DNA of 61,405 bases, filler included, from Sphacelaria rigidula (GCA_964200075.2; 10 parts of 10 records of this genome joined end to end with filler, not necessarily neighbours in it); one strand, 5' to 3'. Numbered from the whole stretch's first letter, positions 1-10,756 are shown. The notes: generated by a model not told the origin, from the letters alone. Translations and numbers: made by a program.

Positions 1-68
1 AAAATAAGTAGCGTCGCGCCAGGCTAATACTACGGTGGGGGACCACGTGGGAAGCCCTTGTGCTGCCC
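1..68 (+). pseudogene. 5S rRNA 3'-half fragment (pseudogene or 5S-derived SINE head), cut by contig start, probably intronic
   Basis: GCCAGGCTAATACTACGGTGGGGGACCACGTGGGAAGCCCTTGTGCTG resembles the internal control region and 3' stem of stramenopile/brown-algal 5S rRNA as I recall it, with substitutions. No oligo-T terminator directly follows. Confidence 0.75.
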
Positions 69-187
69 CCACCCCCCCCCCCCTCCTCGTCGTCGGCAAT
101 AATTGTGTTCTGTTTTTCCCCTTGGCATCGACCGCTGCGTCATGCGCGTTTTGTGGACAATCCTCATCTCATGTTTTGTGCTTTCAG

Positions 188-285
188 ACCGCACATATCT
201 CGGGCGGTAAGAACAGCCAGGGGTCCATCATCTGTCCGGTCACGAGAAAAGGCATCACCACGCAGAAGGCGATTCTCATCAAGAG
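188..285 (+). CDS. NOSIP: NOSIP/CSU1-like RING E3 ligase, internal exon (TAHISGGKNSQGSIICPVTRKGITTQKAILIKR)
   Basis: tttcag acceptor and gtgcgt donor. Phase-2 end joins in frame to exon 2337-2407. The joined peptide resembles the C-terminal RING-like domain of NOSIP (ICPVT...GHV...TCPVTG). Confidence 0.65.
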
Positions 286-665
286 GTGCGTCCCCCGTTG
301 TTGCCTGTGTTTCAATCGTCCGGCTGATGATTGCTTGATAGTTTTGATAGATTGCCGCTCACCTCGACTCTCCCTTCCTGCACTACTGCACGGATTTCCG
401 CCAAACGAAGACTTTCCGTGTGTAGATGAGCAAGGGTTAAGCGCTGGAGCTGACACGCGTGAGAGGTGGGTTGCTACGTCTGTTCTTGGCGGGCTCAGCG
501 CGTAGGTGTTGTGCTTTATTTTTGCCTCCCTTATTCCCCGGTAAAGTGAATCTCATACGAATCTAGGGAACGGTTTCACAATGTAGGCTTGAATTGCGGG
601 AGGCTAACTGGCGATATACGATCGTTATAGATCAGCTGACAGTTCTGGTTCACATAAGGGGTCGG

Positions 666-1023
666 TTATTTATTTATTTTTTTCTTGTCTCACTTCGAAG
701 CCCTTCCCTTCCTCGGGACAAGATCGATGGATGTCTCAAGGGGATCAAGCCATGTGTTTCTCCCCCGGTACACGCCTTGCATTTTGGTAGCATCGCGGAT
801 CGGATCATGACCATCAGCCCTCTCCCTCGCACCGCGTCGACTCTCGTCCAAGAAACTGCGCCGGACCCGCTCTTTTTGGGTGCTGACGTACTCACGTTTC
901 TACGGCAAAATCAGACCTGAGAAAAAAAGCCAAACTAGAGGCATATGGCGGGCATCGAATCAAACCCACGTTTTTTCCCGACCTAACGGTGTCAGTTATA
1001 CTCATACACCACCGGGGGGCGAC
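666..1023 (-). mobile_element. tRNA-derived SINE, family B
   Basis: Similar to 15134-15479, 52911-53216 and 58450-58700. The minus-strand head is GTCGCCCCCCGGTGGTGTA and the tail is A-rich. Confidence 0.6.
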
Positions 1024-2336
1024 GGCAACTGAGGGGCGTAATTTAGGGGTCGGTACTAACGGGGCTACTTTTTTTTTTTTCATATTTTTTCGATTCTTTC
1101 GGGAGAGAAGAACGTCCTCTCCGTGAAATGTAACAGTAGGTTTCTCAGCCAAGTCGAGGAATAGATCGATTGATGGCTGAGTACATATTACTCGGAAAAT
1201 CTAGCTTTATATGCTTTTTCTGTATCTTTTTTTTTTTCCCGAGAAGTTCGACATATTCCCGAGCGCGAGTTAAAAAAAGAAAGTCAGAAAAAAAGTCCCA
1301 CTAATAACGACCCTCACAGGTGTTTGAAATATCGTTTTTTTCCCGTATCTGGGAGTTGAGCGATGCGCCGTCGTGCCTGACCGCCGCTTGAGAAACTGTG
1401 CCCGCGGGCCAACAAATCTATGGCCCGAGCCCTGTGCAGTTCGTGTATTTGGGTAGCAGTCCTCGTACCCCCCTCCACGTGAATTGACGTGGCGTTGGAT
1501 GCATTACAAGGGATATGGCAATGCTTCGACGTCTGACCTTCGCGGCGGTGCAATTCGCTGGCGTCTTGTTGTTTTGATCTGAGTCTATTCGAATGATTCA
1601 TGGTGGGCGCATGTGCACATTTTCACACACGCATATATTTGTATATATAAATATGTAATCTAATGGTTTTCCACAGATTGCAGCCGTCTATCCCGCGTAC
1701 AGCATCCCAACCTGAATCTGACGCCATCGTTCGGGTCGATCATGCCCATTGCCCAAGAATCTACGGAAACCGATCTCCGTAGGCCTTTCCTTACTAGGTA
1801 GGGTCTTCAGAGACCGTGATTTTTGACACTCGTTTTTGTGCTGTTGTTCTCGGGGAGCGGTGAGGGTACACGCTTCGGAGATGGTGTTCAAATACGACAT
1901 TGCGTAGGTTTCTCCGCAAGAGAAAGCAGCGGCAATTGTTCGTATTGCTCGTTTTGAGCCACAGCGTTTTGGCCGAAAAAAGCCGACCCAATGTTTTCAC
2001 GCTCGTGTATTTTCTTTATATAACATTTGTAGTATTGCTATTTTGAAGCGAGCTTCTGACTGAAAAACGCAGCTAACGCTTTATTGAAAAAAAGCGTCTG
2101 AAATATATATATATACATATATTTCATATTTTCATATTTTTATGTAAAGATGCTTTTGCTTCACATTTTTATTTCATATTTCATTGATTTGATTGATTGA
2201 CTAATTGATTGTCGCACTTCAACTGATTCATGTATGTTCAAATTTTCGAACCGAGTAGAGGCCTACCTCTCTTGTTTTCTTTTCTCTTGTTTTATTTAAA
2301 AAAAAAATGCGTTTTTTTTTTTTCCTGCGAAAGCAG

Positions 2337-2407
2337 GACAGGACATGTGATGCTGGAGGACGCTGCAGCGCAGTTTGCTATTCCTACTATGACATGTCCC
2401 GTCACCG
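2337..2407 (+). CDS. NOSIP: NOSIP-like exon (TGHVMLEDAAAQFAIPTMTCPVT)
   Basis: Polypyrimidine tract plus gcag acceptor and gtaagt donor. Phase is compatible with exon 188-285. Confidence 0.65.
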
Positions 2408-2877
2408 GTAAGTCATCGCCTTAGCACTGATTCATGCTGTTGCTGTATTTAGGTCTACCCTTTTCGAGCCCCGACGCAAATATGTTCCGAGGATTCAGCC
2501 TCTGTCAGTTCCGCGTGAAAAATAGTCCAGATTTCAGGGGGGGGTGAACGTTAGGTGGACGTGTGCGCTTATTTATCAAAGCTTACAGGTGCTCATCATT
2601 AATTATGTGCCTACGGAAATACTTCTGTACACGAAACGCTCCACCACAAGCTGCTGACACAAAGGCCTACACAGGTGAAGAGTTCAACTCGTGAGCAGAC
2701 GGCCGATTGGATGATGACGATTCTCGGAAGTTACCTTGCACTACTGCACGAGTCAGACTTGAGACTTTTTGCGGTATGCTCTTGTACTCGCTTGATCAAT
2801 TCAGATACTATATATATACATATATGTACAAATACGTTGGTCGACAGGCTTGCAGCAGCCTGGTGTCCACAGCTTAA

Positions 2878-2975
2878 CCCTTGGACAGCGAGAGTAGGTC
2901 ATCTGTTGAATCGGCATCAATTTCCCTTGATGCAAGTATGCGTGATCGAGATGGACTACCCTCGCGGTCTACGGG
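2878..2975. mobile_element. piggyBac-like MITE (98 bp)
   Basis: TTAA|CCCTTGGAC...GTCTACGGG|TTAA. Homologous copies at 7882-7985 and 18517-18618. Confidence 0.75.
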
Positions 2976-3275
2976 TTAAGAGTGAAGGCGCCCGTGCGCG
3001 GCCTCACGTTAGCATTCTGTTTGGTGTGCTGGCGGCTCGGTGTCGATATCAATGGTTGCACCCGCCACACCTTCGTATGCCACATGGTTGCCGTTGAATG
3101 CGTAGTTGTTGCTGCTATATCGCCCCGTGTATGGCTGTACGCAGCGTGTTCCGTCCCGGCTTTGTAGGGGCGGACCCCCGATGGGGTTGGCGTCGGTTGG
3201 CGATGACGCTCTAAAACACGCCACTCATTGTGTAAGCTGGGCAACCAGGGTACCATTTTTTTTTGCGCGCTTGCG

Positions 3276-3608
3276 TTTTTTTCGCGGTAACCACGATGAT
3301 AGTCGAGCTAGATCATGTTGTACGGGGTAGGTGAACCTCAACTCCTCATAATGGGAATCATCGTACTACGTAGTGTTTATATGGTGAGATACCCATGAGG
3401 CAGTGTGTAAGCCGTTGCTGTCTCTGGAAGTGACAATACCAGAAAATGAAGCAACTCGTTGTAGGCTGTCATCCGAATGCAAGATAATTAGTAGGCTTCG
3501 GGCCGAACAATCTTCGCAGGATACAGCTCACCCTTCGTGCGACTCGCCGAACGCATCACAGCGCTTGGTGATTGAGTGCGAGCCTAGGCGCTCCGTCCCG
3601 GCTTTGTA
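3276..3608 (+). mobile_element. poly(C)-tailed retroposon-like repeat R1, 5' part (interrupted; continues at 5910-5963)
   Basis: Aligns with the full copy at 60588-61002 and the inverted copy at 55425-55775. Confidence 0.75.
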
Positions 3609-5909
3609 CGAGCTGGGCCAGCCTAGAGGCGGATTTAAAGTTTACATGCGTTTGCTCACCCCAATATTTGGAGTTGGAGCGTAAAACTTGGTATGTACAA
3701 TGCATGGGGCAGTGTAAAAAAATTACCTCGGTACCAAGATTTTTTTTTTTTTCATGAGTTAAGGGCATTTTACTGATACCTGAAAACTGATTATTGCCCT
3801 TGACTCATGAAAAAAAAAATGATACCGAGTTAATATTTTTTTGATGCTCCATGCATTGTCCTTACCAATTTTTACGCTCCAACTCTAAATATCGAGGTGA
3901 GCAAACGCCTTTCAAGAACCGGATCGGTAGAAATTCGGAACAATATTTCGAAGGCCACTCACCGGCCCACGTTTGGTTTTCGTGTATTGCAATGTTGTGT
4001 GGGCGCTCTCTAAGGTATAATCAACAGAACAAAGCGGGTCATGTCGATTTTTTTCATTTTTTCGACTGGTTTAGGGAGTTCTGGTATGGTAAAGACCATT
4101 TCTTCACCAGAACGCCCTAACCTCTATGAAAAAAAAATGAAGGCCCCCTTTTTTTTTTCGGCACTCTTCTGCGGTTCTCCACGCTAACTTTCAAATCACA
4201 AATCTAAAAATTGAGCTGAAACATTGAGATAAGGCTCAACAGCAATGTACATTTCTCCTCAAAACTCCACCAAAAACACGAAAAAAATGAAGAAAAATGA
4301 AAAAAAGGCACTAAGTTCATAGGTACAGGTCGTTATGAAATAATTAAACTGAAATCATCGATTTTTTCGTTGTTGTCCATGATTCTTGTCGGCATCATCG
4401 CTGGACACGTGGGTTACTCAAACCCTAATTGCCACAGAGAGGTCAACAATATTGCACTGTTCGGTTATTTCTTGTCCGGGCCTGTTCTGGACTTCAATTC
4501 CCTCCGTTGGCTTGCTATAGCCCAGGACAGCAGAAGGAGGAGAGCTAGGAAAAAAAAAGTGCAGTCAGCATCGATAATATTTTGTAACACAACAAGATGG
4601 CACCAAGTCAAAGCAAGCGAAGCCTACACCTTCGAAAGGAAGCGGCATTCCAGCACACGGAATCGTATACACGAGAGAGATACATTATTGCGTTGGCTGT
4701 CTGATGTCCTGTGTGTAGAGTGCTTGGTTGTCTCCAGCGTTGTACGGCAACAACTTTCTGTCGCGACACCGACTGTATCTGTATCGCAAGAAGATCCGCC
4801 AGCGCTGGCCAGCCAGTCGGCACCGTGCTTGAGAGTCACGCATGTCTGTACGTCATCGATCAACGCGAGTCATCCAGAACAACAGCACGACAGCCTACAA
4901 AAGGGGGGCAGCAGCATTGATACATTGATGCGTGTGGAGGCTTTTTCTCGATTGATGTTCCGTCCGAGCAACATGAAACACCACACAACGACGACGATGA
5001 AGCCAGCTTATTACTTTTTTCATCTTTTTTTTCGGCGGTGGGTCCATAGGTACGGGTTTATTTTCATAGTACAAACACTAATTTCAAGTAATTTTATTTT
5101 AATATTTGTCCTGTCCCTCTACGTTTCATAGTACAAACTCGATTTTAGTATAGGTTCCGTCACACATGGTTTTGCCGGTCTTCTGGTGCTCGCAGCCGCA
5201 GTGCAGCACCGAGCGGAGGCAGGGTGATATCCAAGACGAAGGCAGTCTCACAAGCGGCGCTCTGTCTATTGGTTTAATGGGTAGTGTACCCAACGTTCGC
5301 TATGAGAGTCGCCATGCCCGCGGTATGGTTGCGGTGGCCTGGGTTGGTGTTGCGGTCTCCATTTGCGCTTAGGTTGCTGCTACATCTGCACGGCCTTGGA
5401 TACGGCGCACGATTCAAGATGTTTTCATGTTTTTCATTATGCTCTAGCGATTCACCACACGATATCTTATGGAACAACTCTCAAAAACTGAAACGCGATA
5501 TCCAGATTTGGGGCATCTAGTACCTCTGCTCGTAATATATTGATTTTAGTATGAAAACTACTTATGTGCGCCATATCTCGGGATAGATAACGGATTCGGT
5601 GAAGGTGAGAGTATCTGTGGTCTCCCCTTGCTCCAGAGAATGTCCACACCAAAATTCGTCGCCATCCGCTAAATGCATCGGTCGGGGGTTTCATAGAGAA
5701 ATTAGTATGGGCGCTACCTCCCTTAGGTATAAGAATTACTAGACATGGGGTTTAATCAAAGAGAGAATATGGGCCCAAACTTTTGAGCAGATGGGCACTT
5801 TCCCCTTGATTAAACGATTAATACGATATCTGGATCACGACCCAACTCGTCTGTGTCGATGAGATATTGCTTTTAGAGCTTAAATCCGTTTCAAGGCTGG
5901 TCCAGCTCG
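3609..5909. mobile_element. 2.3-kb non-autonomous Tc1/mariner-like DNA element inserted in R1
   Basis: TIRs TA|CGAGCTGGGCCAGCCTAGAGGCGGATTTAA and TTAAATCCGTTTCAAGGCTGGTCCAGCTCG. The flanks are consecutive parts of R1. The same terminus recurs near 18751-18780 followed by TA. No transposase recognised. Confidence 0.6.
3646..3910. mobile_element. Palindromic MITE nested in 3609-5909
   Basis: Near-complete fold-back: GCGTTTGCTCACC...GGTGAGCAAACGC with ~120-bp arms. Confidence 0.7.
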
Positions 5910-6051
5910 TGCGAGGTCGATGGTCTTATGACTATGGCATGCATTATCATTAGTACCCCCCCCTCCCGCGCGCGAACTGCGCTTGGTGATTGAGTGCAAG
6001 CCTGGTCCGGCGAAAACCCGGTGTGCTCCGTCCCAGCCTTGTAGGGATGCG
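5910..6051 (+). mobile_element. R1 3' end with C-run (5910-5963), followed by a second 5'-truncated R1 copy (5979-6051)
   Basis: GCGAGGTCGATGGTCTTATGACTATGGCATGCAT...AGTACCCCCCCC, then GCGCTTGGTGATTGAGTGC...GTAGGGATGCG. Confidence 0.75.
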
Positions 6052-6151
6052 NNNNNNNNNNNNNNNNNNNNNNNNNNNNNNNNNNNNNNNNNNNNTTAAT
6101 TAATTAANNNNNNNNNNNNNNNNNNNNNNNNNNNNNNNNNNNNNNNNNNNN
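6052..6151. other. Artificial contig-joining linker (first of nine; others at 12203-12302, 18354-18453, 24505-24604, 30656-30755, 36806-36905, 42956-43055, 49106-49205, 55256-55355)
   Basis: Identical 100-bp N44-TTAATTAATTAA-N44 blocks giving stops in all six frames, separating segments of 6051 or 6050 bp. Confidence 0.97.
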
Positions 6152-6368
6152 TCTTATTAACAACTCAACCCCGATTTTTTTATTTTGTTCACCGTGGGTT
6201 TTCTTTTATTCCCCTTTTCTTGTCCCCCCCCCCCCCCCCCCTCCCCCCCGCTCCCTCTTCCTTGGGATCCAAATAGGCTGTTCGGGAGCCACCTTCATCC
6301 CTCGGCGTAATCTTACGTCTCTTTTTCCCTCCCGCCATATCCCTTCTCGCTCGTTGCCTCGAAAAAAG

Positions 6369-6587
6369 TGCGATACGGAATCGATCGCGTGGGGAGTGGA
6401 GTGGGACAGGACGGGGACCTATCTCAAGTGTTCGGGGGATGATTGTGTGGTGCGCTTGTGGCAGAGAGGCTACGATGGCAATTGGTCTCGCGTGGACGGC
6501 GTAGGCGACAGAGCCGGCGATGGGGGTGAAGGCGGGGTCGGGAGTGGGCTAGTGTCGGGTGACGACGGGAACGCTGATGAGGCGTGA
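6369..6587 (+). CDS. Terminal exon of a WD40 protein, SEH1-like (SEC13/SEH1 family)
   Basis: IAWGVEWDRTGTYLKCSGDDCVVRLWQRGYDGNW resembles the last WD40 blade of SEH1 ([25 protein letters not shown]...NW). aaag acceptor and TGA stop. The upstream sequence looks error-prone. Confidence 0.55.
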   Translation, partial: CDTESIAWGVEWDRTGTYLKCSGDDCVVRLWQRGYDGNWSRVDGVGDRAGDGGEGGVGSGLVSGDDGNADEA

Positions 6588-7152
6588 CGATTGGTGGGCC
6601 TTGCAGCTTGTTGAGGGGCGTTTTGTGTACTCCTCATGTTGGTTACTCTTAACATACAATAACGACATCTTGTTTTTCCAATAAAACCGTACCCTCGGAG
6701 CCACGGTTGCGGAGAACGATAAATAAAAGGGGGTTTATACGGTATTCCCATGTCTGCTTCGTATATTGTGGTCAACGCGCGGGATTGGCTGCATGCGTCG
6801 GGCGACGGTGCGCCCCCTCTCCGGAGAAGAAGACGCGAACCCTCATGAGGGATGAGTCGTCCTAGGGTAGTTGGTGAGTGTGGTAGGTCAAAACGCCGTC
6901 TCACCGTGCTGCGGCCAGTCGCTAGACCGGCCTCACTGCACAGTATGCATTATAAACACCATATGCGAGACTTTACCATTGGTGTGTGTGTGGTGCCGCT
7001 ACTTAACACTTTACATGCTTGAGCGGGTACTAGTCTAGGCATAGCCGATGCGTCAGAAATCGCGGTGGCCTTTGCCGCGGCACTTTTAACGCAGCGCGGC
7101 CAGTTGAATGGATTTGGCCGCGAGCCAAACGCTGCCCCCCTCGGTGGGCTTG

Positions 7153-7191
7153 AATGGTCTTATGACTATGGAATGCATGATCATGAGTACA
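7153..7191 (+). mobile_element. 39-bp 5'-truncated R1 insertion with a perfect 16-bp TSD
   Basis: CCCCTCGGTGGGCTTG (7137-7152) | AATGGTCTTATGACTATGGAATGCATGATCATGAGTACA | CCCCTCGGTGGGCTTG (7192-7207). Confidence 0.85.
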
Positions 7192-7881
7192 CCCCTCGGT
7201 GGGCTTGGAGAGGGAACCTCGCTGGAAGCACCAGAAGCAGAGGGAGTCGAGAAACTGGGCTCCGCTGTCGCTGGATGTTGTTGTCCCGTTAGATCCTGCT
7301 GTCGAGAGTTCGAGTGCAGCAGGAGCCAACCCCGTCATCGTTGAATACTTCGAGCATCCAGTTGTCATGTTCTACGGGCGTTATCCACGGGAGTTTTTTT
7401 CTCAGAGGAAATCTCCGAATTTTTCCGGGAAAAAAAGAAAATTTGTCTCCTAAAACGGTCAGAGCAGAATCCTCAATCAGGTCAGGCACTGGATACTCTT
7501 TGAAGATTGACGACAGATGACTCCAAAAATCTGGTGTTGGGTTTGTGTGTCAGCAATTTTGTTTTGGGGGAAGTCGGGAAAAGAGTACGTGTCTCAATTT
7601 CTCCGGAAAAGGCGAGAAAGTGCTACGAAGAAATCCGTTTATAATACCCCTTACGCTGTGTTGATAGCTGCGCAGATTGGTGCGCGCGTGTGCTCGTTTG
7701 CTCCGGCTTCCGGCTTTCGCTCGGGGTAAGTACGTGTACTGTAAGCAGGCCGAGTTTTCGGATCATTTTTTGTGTTGGTACTTTCAGGGAGACTGGCGAG
7801 AGTGAAGGGAAACGTGTTGTTGAAGCCCTGGAGAAGGAAGGCCATGCAGCTGAGCTCTGTCTGGAGACGAATCAGAGTTAA

Positions 7882-7985
7882 CCCCTGGACATCAATAGTA
7901 GGCCATCTGTTGAATCGGCATCGATCTATCTCACTTTGAAAAAATATATGCATGGTCCAGATGGACTACCTTGGCGGTCTAGGGG
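7882..7985. mobile_element. piggyBac-like MITE copy
   Basis: TTAA|CCCCTGGAC...GTCTAGGGG|TCAA, homologous to 2878-2975. Confidence 0.7.
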
Positions 7986-7989
7986 TCAA

Positions 7990-8417
7990 GGGAGTATGTT
8001 CGAAAATGAAGTTGGACATTAAACTGAGGTTCGACTAAAAAACAGTCCTTCCTCTGACCTAAAGTAATGACAAATGACCTTCACATGGACGACCTCATGC
8101 TCCCCGACCTCCCCGACACCATCATTTGGGAGGGTTTCCCGTTGTCCGTTCCCCCAGAGGGTATGTGCAAAAACATCTTTTTGCATCGAATTCAGGGTGA
8201 AAAAAGGCGCGCTTTTCGCCTAAAAAAGGTGGTTTCCCACATACCCTTTGGGGGAACAGAAGACGGCCAACCCCCTAAAATAGTTTCAGGGAGGTCGAGG
8301 CGTGTAAAGTCGTCCGTATGAAAGTCACGCTTGTCATGACTTTAGATCAGGGAAAGCACTATTGTTTCGGAGTTGAACCTCATTTTCATGTTCAACCTAA
8401 TTTTCGAAGATTACCGC
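7990..8417. mobile_element. Long imperfect palindrome (fold-back MITE)
   Basis: ~200-bp arms, e.g. TTCGAAAATGAAGTTG...AAAGTAATGACAAATGACCTTCACATGGACGAC versus GTCGTCCGTATGAAAGTCAC...CAACCTAATTTTCGAA. Confidence 0.65.
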
Positions 8418-9180
8418 TTCATTGCTACTCAGTTGGCAGTCTGCAAGTCAGTACTCTCCACCAGGTGAAACAGGCGTATGGTATAAGTGCTGCTTTTTCT
8501 TTGCCGCGTCGGCGCACAGGGTGGCATTTGCAAGTCGGCGCTCGTCGTACAATATGCCATCTGCACCGTCCGTACCGTCCGTACTGGTCTGCACGTTTGG
8601 ATTCATTTTCCTCCGTAATCATTGCTGTGAGATCGGTTGAGGCCTCCCATACACTATTATATAATGATAGCTTGTGCTATGGGAGTATGTAGTAGGTGTT
8701 GGAGTAGCCCCCCTGTTCACGCAAATGAATAGACTTTCTTTTGTGTTTTACCAAGGCAGCTCAGCCCCCCAAAAATCATGTTGCCTGCCAGCGGGCGGTC
8801 ACTTCTGTGCACGGCATACATTCCTATGCTGCCATTGGGAACGATATACGTGCGCAAACAGAGCGAGGCTGCTCAGCTGTAGCATCGGTGTTGTCGGTGT
8901 TGAAGACCGGTCGGCGATGTGGCGTACAAGGAGGAGATTGGTATGGGGCTGAAGGAGCGAATACGTAGACCTTCCGAGACCCCCTCAAAATGCGTACGAG
9001 TACGTACTTTGAAAGACAGTATTGCCTGTTATAGCTAGATAGTTGATACTTGAGCCAATTTTTCATTCCTTTGACAACACGCCCCGAAGATGGACACCTG
9101 CAGCCTAATTTTGACGCTCATTTTCCTAGTCATGCCGACTCAACAGGCACATGAACACGTGAGCGATGATCGAAGGGTCA

Positions 9181-9645
9181 GGCCAACTCTAATGGGAGCC
9201 GCGTTCACAAACCTGTTGAAAACTGTCTTTTTTTTTGTCCTTTTCCGTTGTTTCATGCCCGAAAAGTGGGCTTGACGGATGTTGACACCTTGGAATGATT
9301 AGCTCCACTTGTTGAGACCACTCCAGGGCAACTTTGCGTTCCCGCTGGCTGCAGTTTTATTTTCGGCCGAACTTGCATTTTCAATAGCAAACGGCTAGGT
9401 GATGAAAAGACAGGGGGAAAACTGCCAGTATCTTGATCACCTGGTGGTTAGCTATTGAAAATACAAATTTGGCCAAAATAAAACTGTTGCCAGCGGGAAA
9501 TGCAAAGTTGCTGTGGAACGGTCTCAACGAGAAGAGCGAGTCATTCCAAGGCGTCGACATCCGCCTAGCTCTCTCTTCGGGCTTGTAACGACGGAGAGGG
9601 GCCCAAGAAGCAATTTTGAACAGTATTTATAAATAACTCCTATTC
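9181..9645. mobile_element. Long imperfect palindrome, PIF/Harbinger-type MITE
   Basis: Arms pair over ~200 bp (GGATGTTGACACCTTGGAATGA versus TCATTCCAAGGCGTCGACATCC). The left terminus GGCCAACTCTAATGGGAGC resembles that of 9710-9888. Confidence 0.6.
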
Positions 9646-9709
9646 ATCAGGCCGCTGCTTATAGCAGACAAAAATTAAATCTGGAAAAGAGCCTTCTTCA
9701 AGCTATTAA

Positions 9710-9888
9710 GGTCAACTCTTATGGGAGCGTTTAGATTTTTTTTTGCAATAAGTTTGAACGAACTTTTTTTTCTTCTTTTCCGAAGTTGTGTGTTTTGTGC
9801 CCGTTCACCATGATGACAAAGAAAAAAAAAACTCCTCTGAAATGGTTGCAAAATAAAATTTCAAACGCTCCCATAAGGGTGGTTGGCC
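9710..9888. mobile_element. Tourist-like (PIF/Harbinger) MITE
   Basis: TAA|GGTCAACTCTTATGGGAGCGTTT...AAACGCTCCCATAAGGGTGGTTGGCC|TAA. Confidence 0.7.
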
Positions 9889-9971
9889 TAAGTCGTTTTA
9901 CGCTGTAAAAGAGAGCTAGGCGGGTTTTGACTCCTTGGGATAACTTGATTAACTTGTTGAGACGGTTCCAC

Positions 9972-10166
9972 CATACCTGTGCGTTTTCCGGTGGCCGCAG
10001 TTTTTTTCTTGCCCAAACCTGCATTTTTCTCGGAGACCGCTCAATTTTCTCGGAGATCGGTGAAGCCGAGAAGAAAATCTGAGATTTGTGTGGATTTGAC
10101 CGGCCTCCGAGAGAAGTGCAAGGTTGGCAAAAAAAACTGCGACCACCGTGGAAACGCCCAGGTGTG
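9972..10166. repeat. Palindromic MITE-like repeat
   Basis: CATACCTGTGCGTTTTCCGGTGGCCGCAGTTTTTTT versus AAAAAAACTGCGACCACCGTGGAAACGCCCAGGTGTG. No TSD seen. Confidence 0.55.
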
Positions 10167-10294
10167 CTGAAATTGTCTCACCGAGTTCAGCAAGGCACTC
10201 CAAGGTGTCAAAATCAGCGCAGCTCTCTTCTAAAGCGTGAAGCGACGTAGAATCTCCAAAAAGGCATGTCTCCAGATTTGTTTTGGTCTGCCAT

Positions 10295-10756
10295 ATAAGG
10301 AGCAGCCTCAGCAGCAGTCCCTGTCCCTCGACGACCGTGAAGTCGAATTTTGTGCACCCACGACAGAGTCGCTCGTCACTGAGGGATGCTACGGTAGAAG
10401 TGCACAAATATTTTCTGAGACAGGAGTTGTTAGGAGCCCTGTATCTAATTCAAAACATAACTTATTACATATGTGAGAGTACGCCAGGATTACTATTGCA
10501 ATGTGCTAGGGATATCCCGAATGAATTTGCAGACGGGGGTGCCCTGACCCATATTCTTGTGCATGTAGAATCTTTAGGGACCCCTGAACCAGACAAGATT
10601 TCGCGCGAACAGTGCAACCCTACCGTAGCATTGCTCCACTGTTGAGCATGGTGTGAAGAAAAATCCCACTTCATGCGACTGCACCGAGATTCCAACCCAC
10701 GACCCAACCGTCGGAAAGCTTCGACGTTATCAACTAACTGAGCCACCGGGGCGACC
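10295..10756 (-). mobile_element. tRNA-derived SINE, family A, interrupted by a MITE at 10381-10636
   Basis: Head GGTCGCCCCGGTGGCTCAGTT. The body matches 36906-37261 and 48855-49105 once the insert is removed. Confidence 0.7.
10381..10636. mobile_element. Sola2-like MITE (GAG...CTC termini, 4-bp TSD CACT)
   Basis: CACT|GAGGGATGCTACGGTAG...CTACCGTAGCATTGCTC|CACT. The empty site is visible in other SINE A copies (GTCGCTCTCCACTGTTGG). Confidence 0.75.

Noticed and set aside
2453..2520. Next NOSIP exon after 2407
   Set aside because: There is an AG, but the translation (GLPFSSPDANMF...) lacks the expected C-terminal GTGF-like motif, so the true exon is probably outside the contig.
4370..5131. 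253-aa ORF as a transposase or host gene
   Set aside because: No recognisable motif. The composition looks like translated non-coding DNA, including homopolymer runs.
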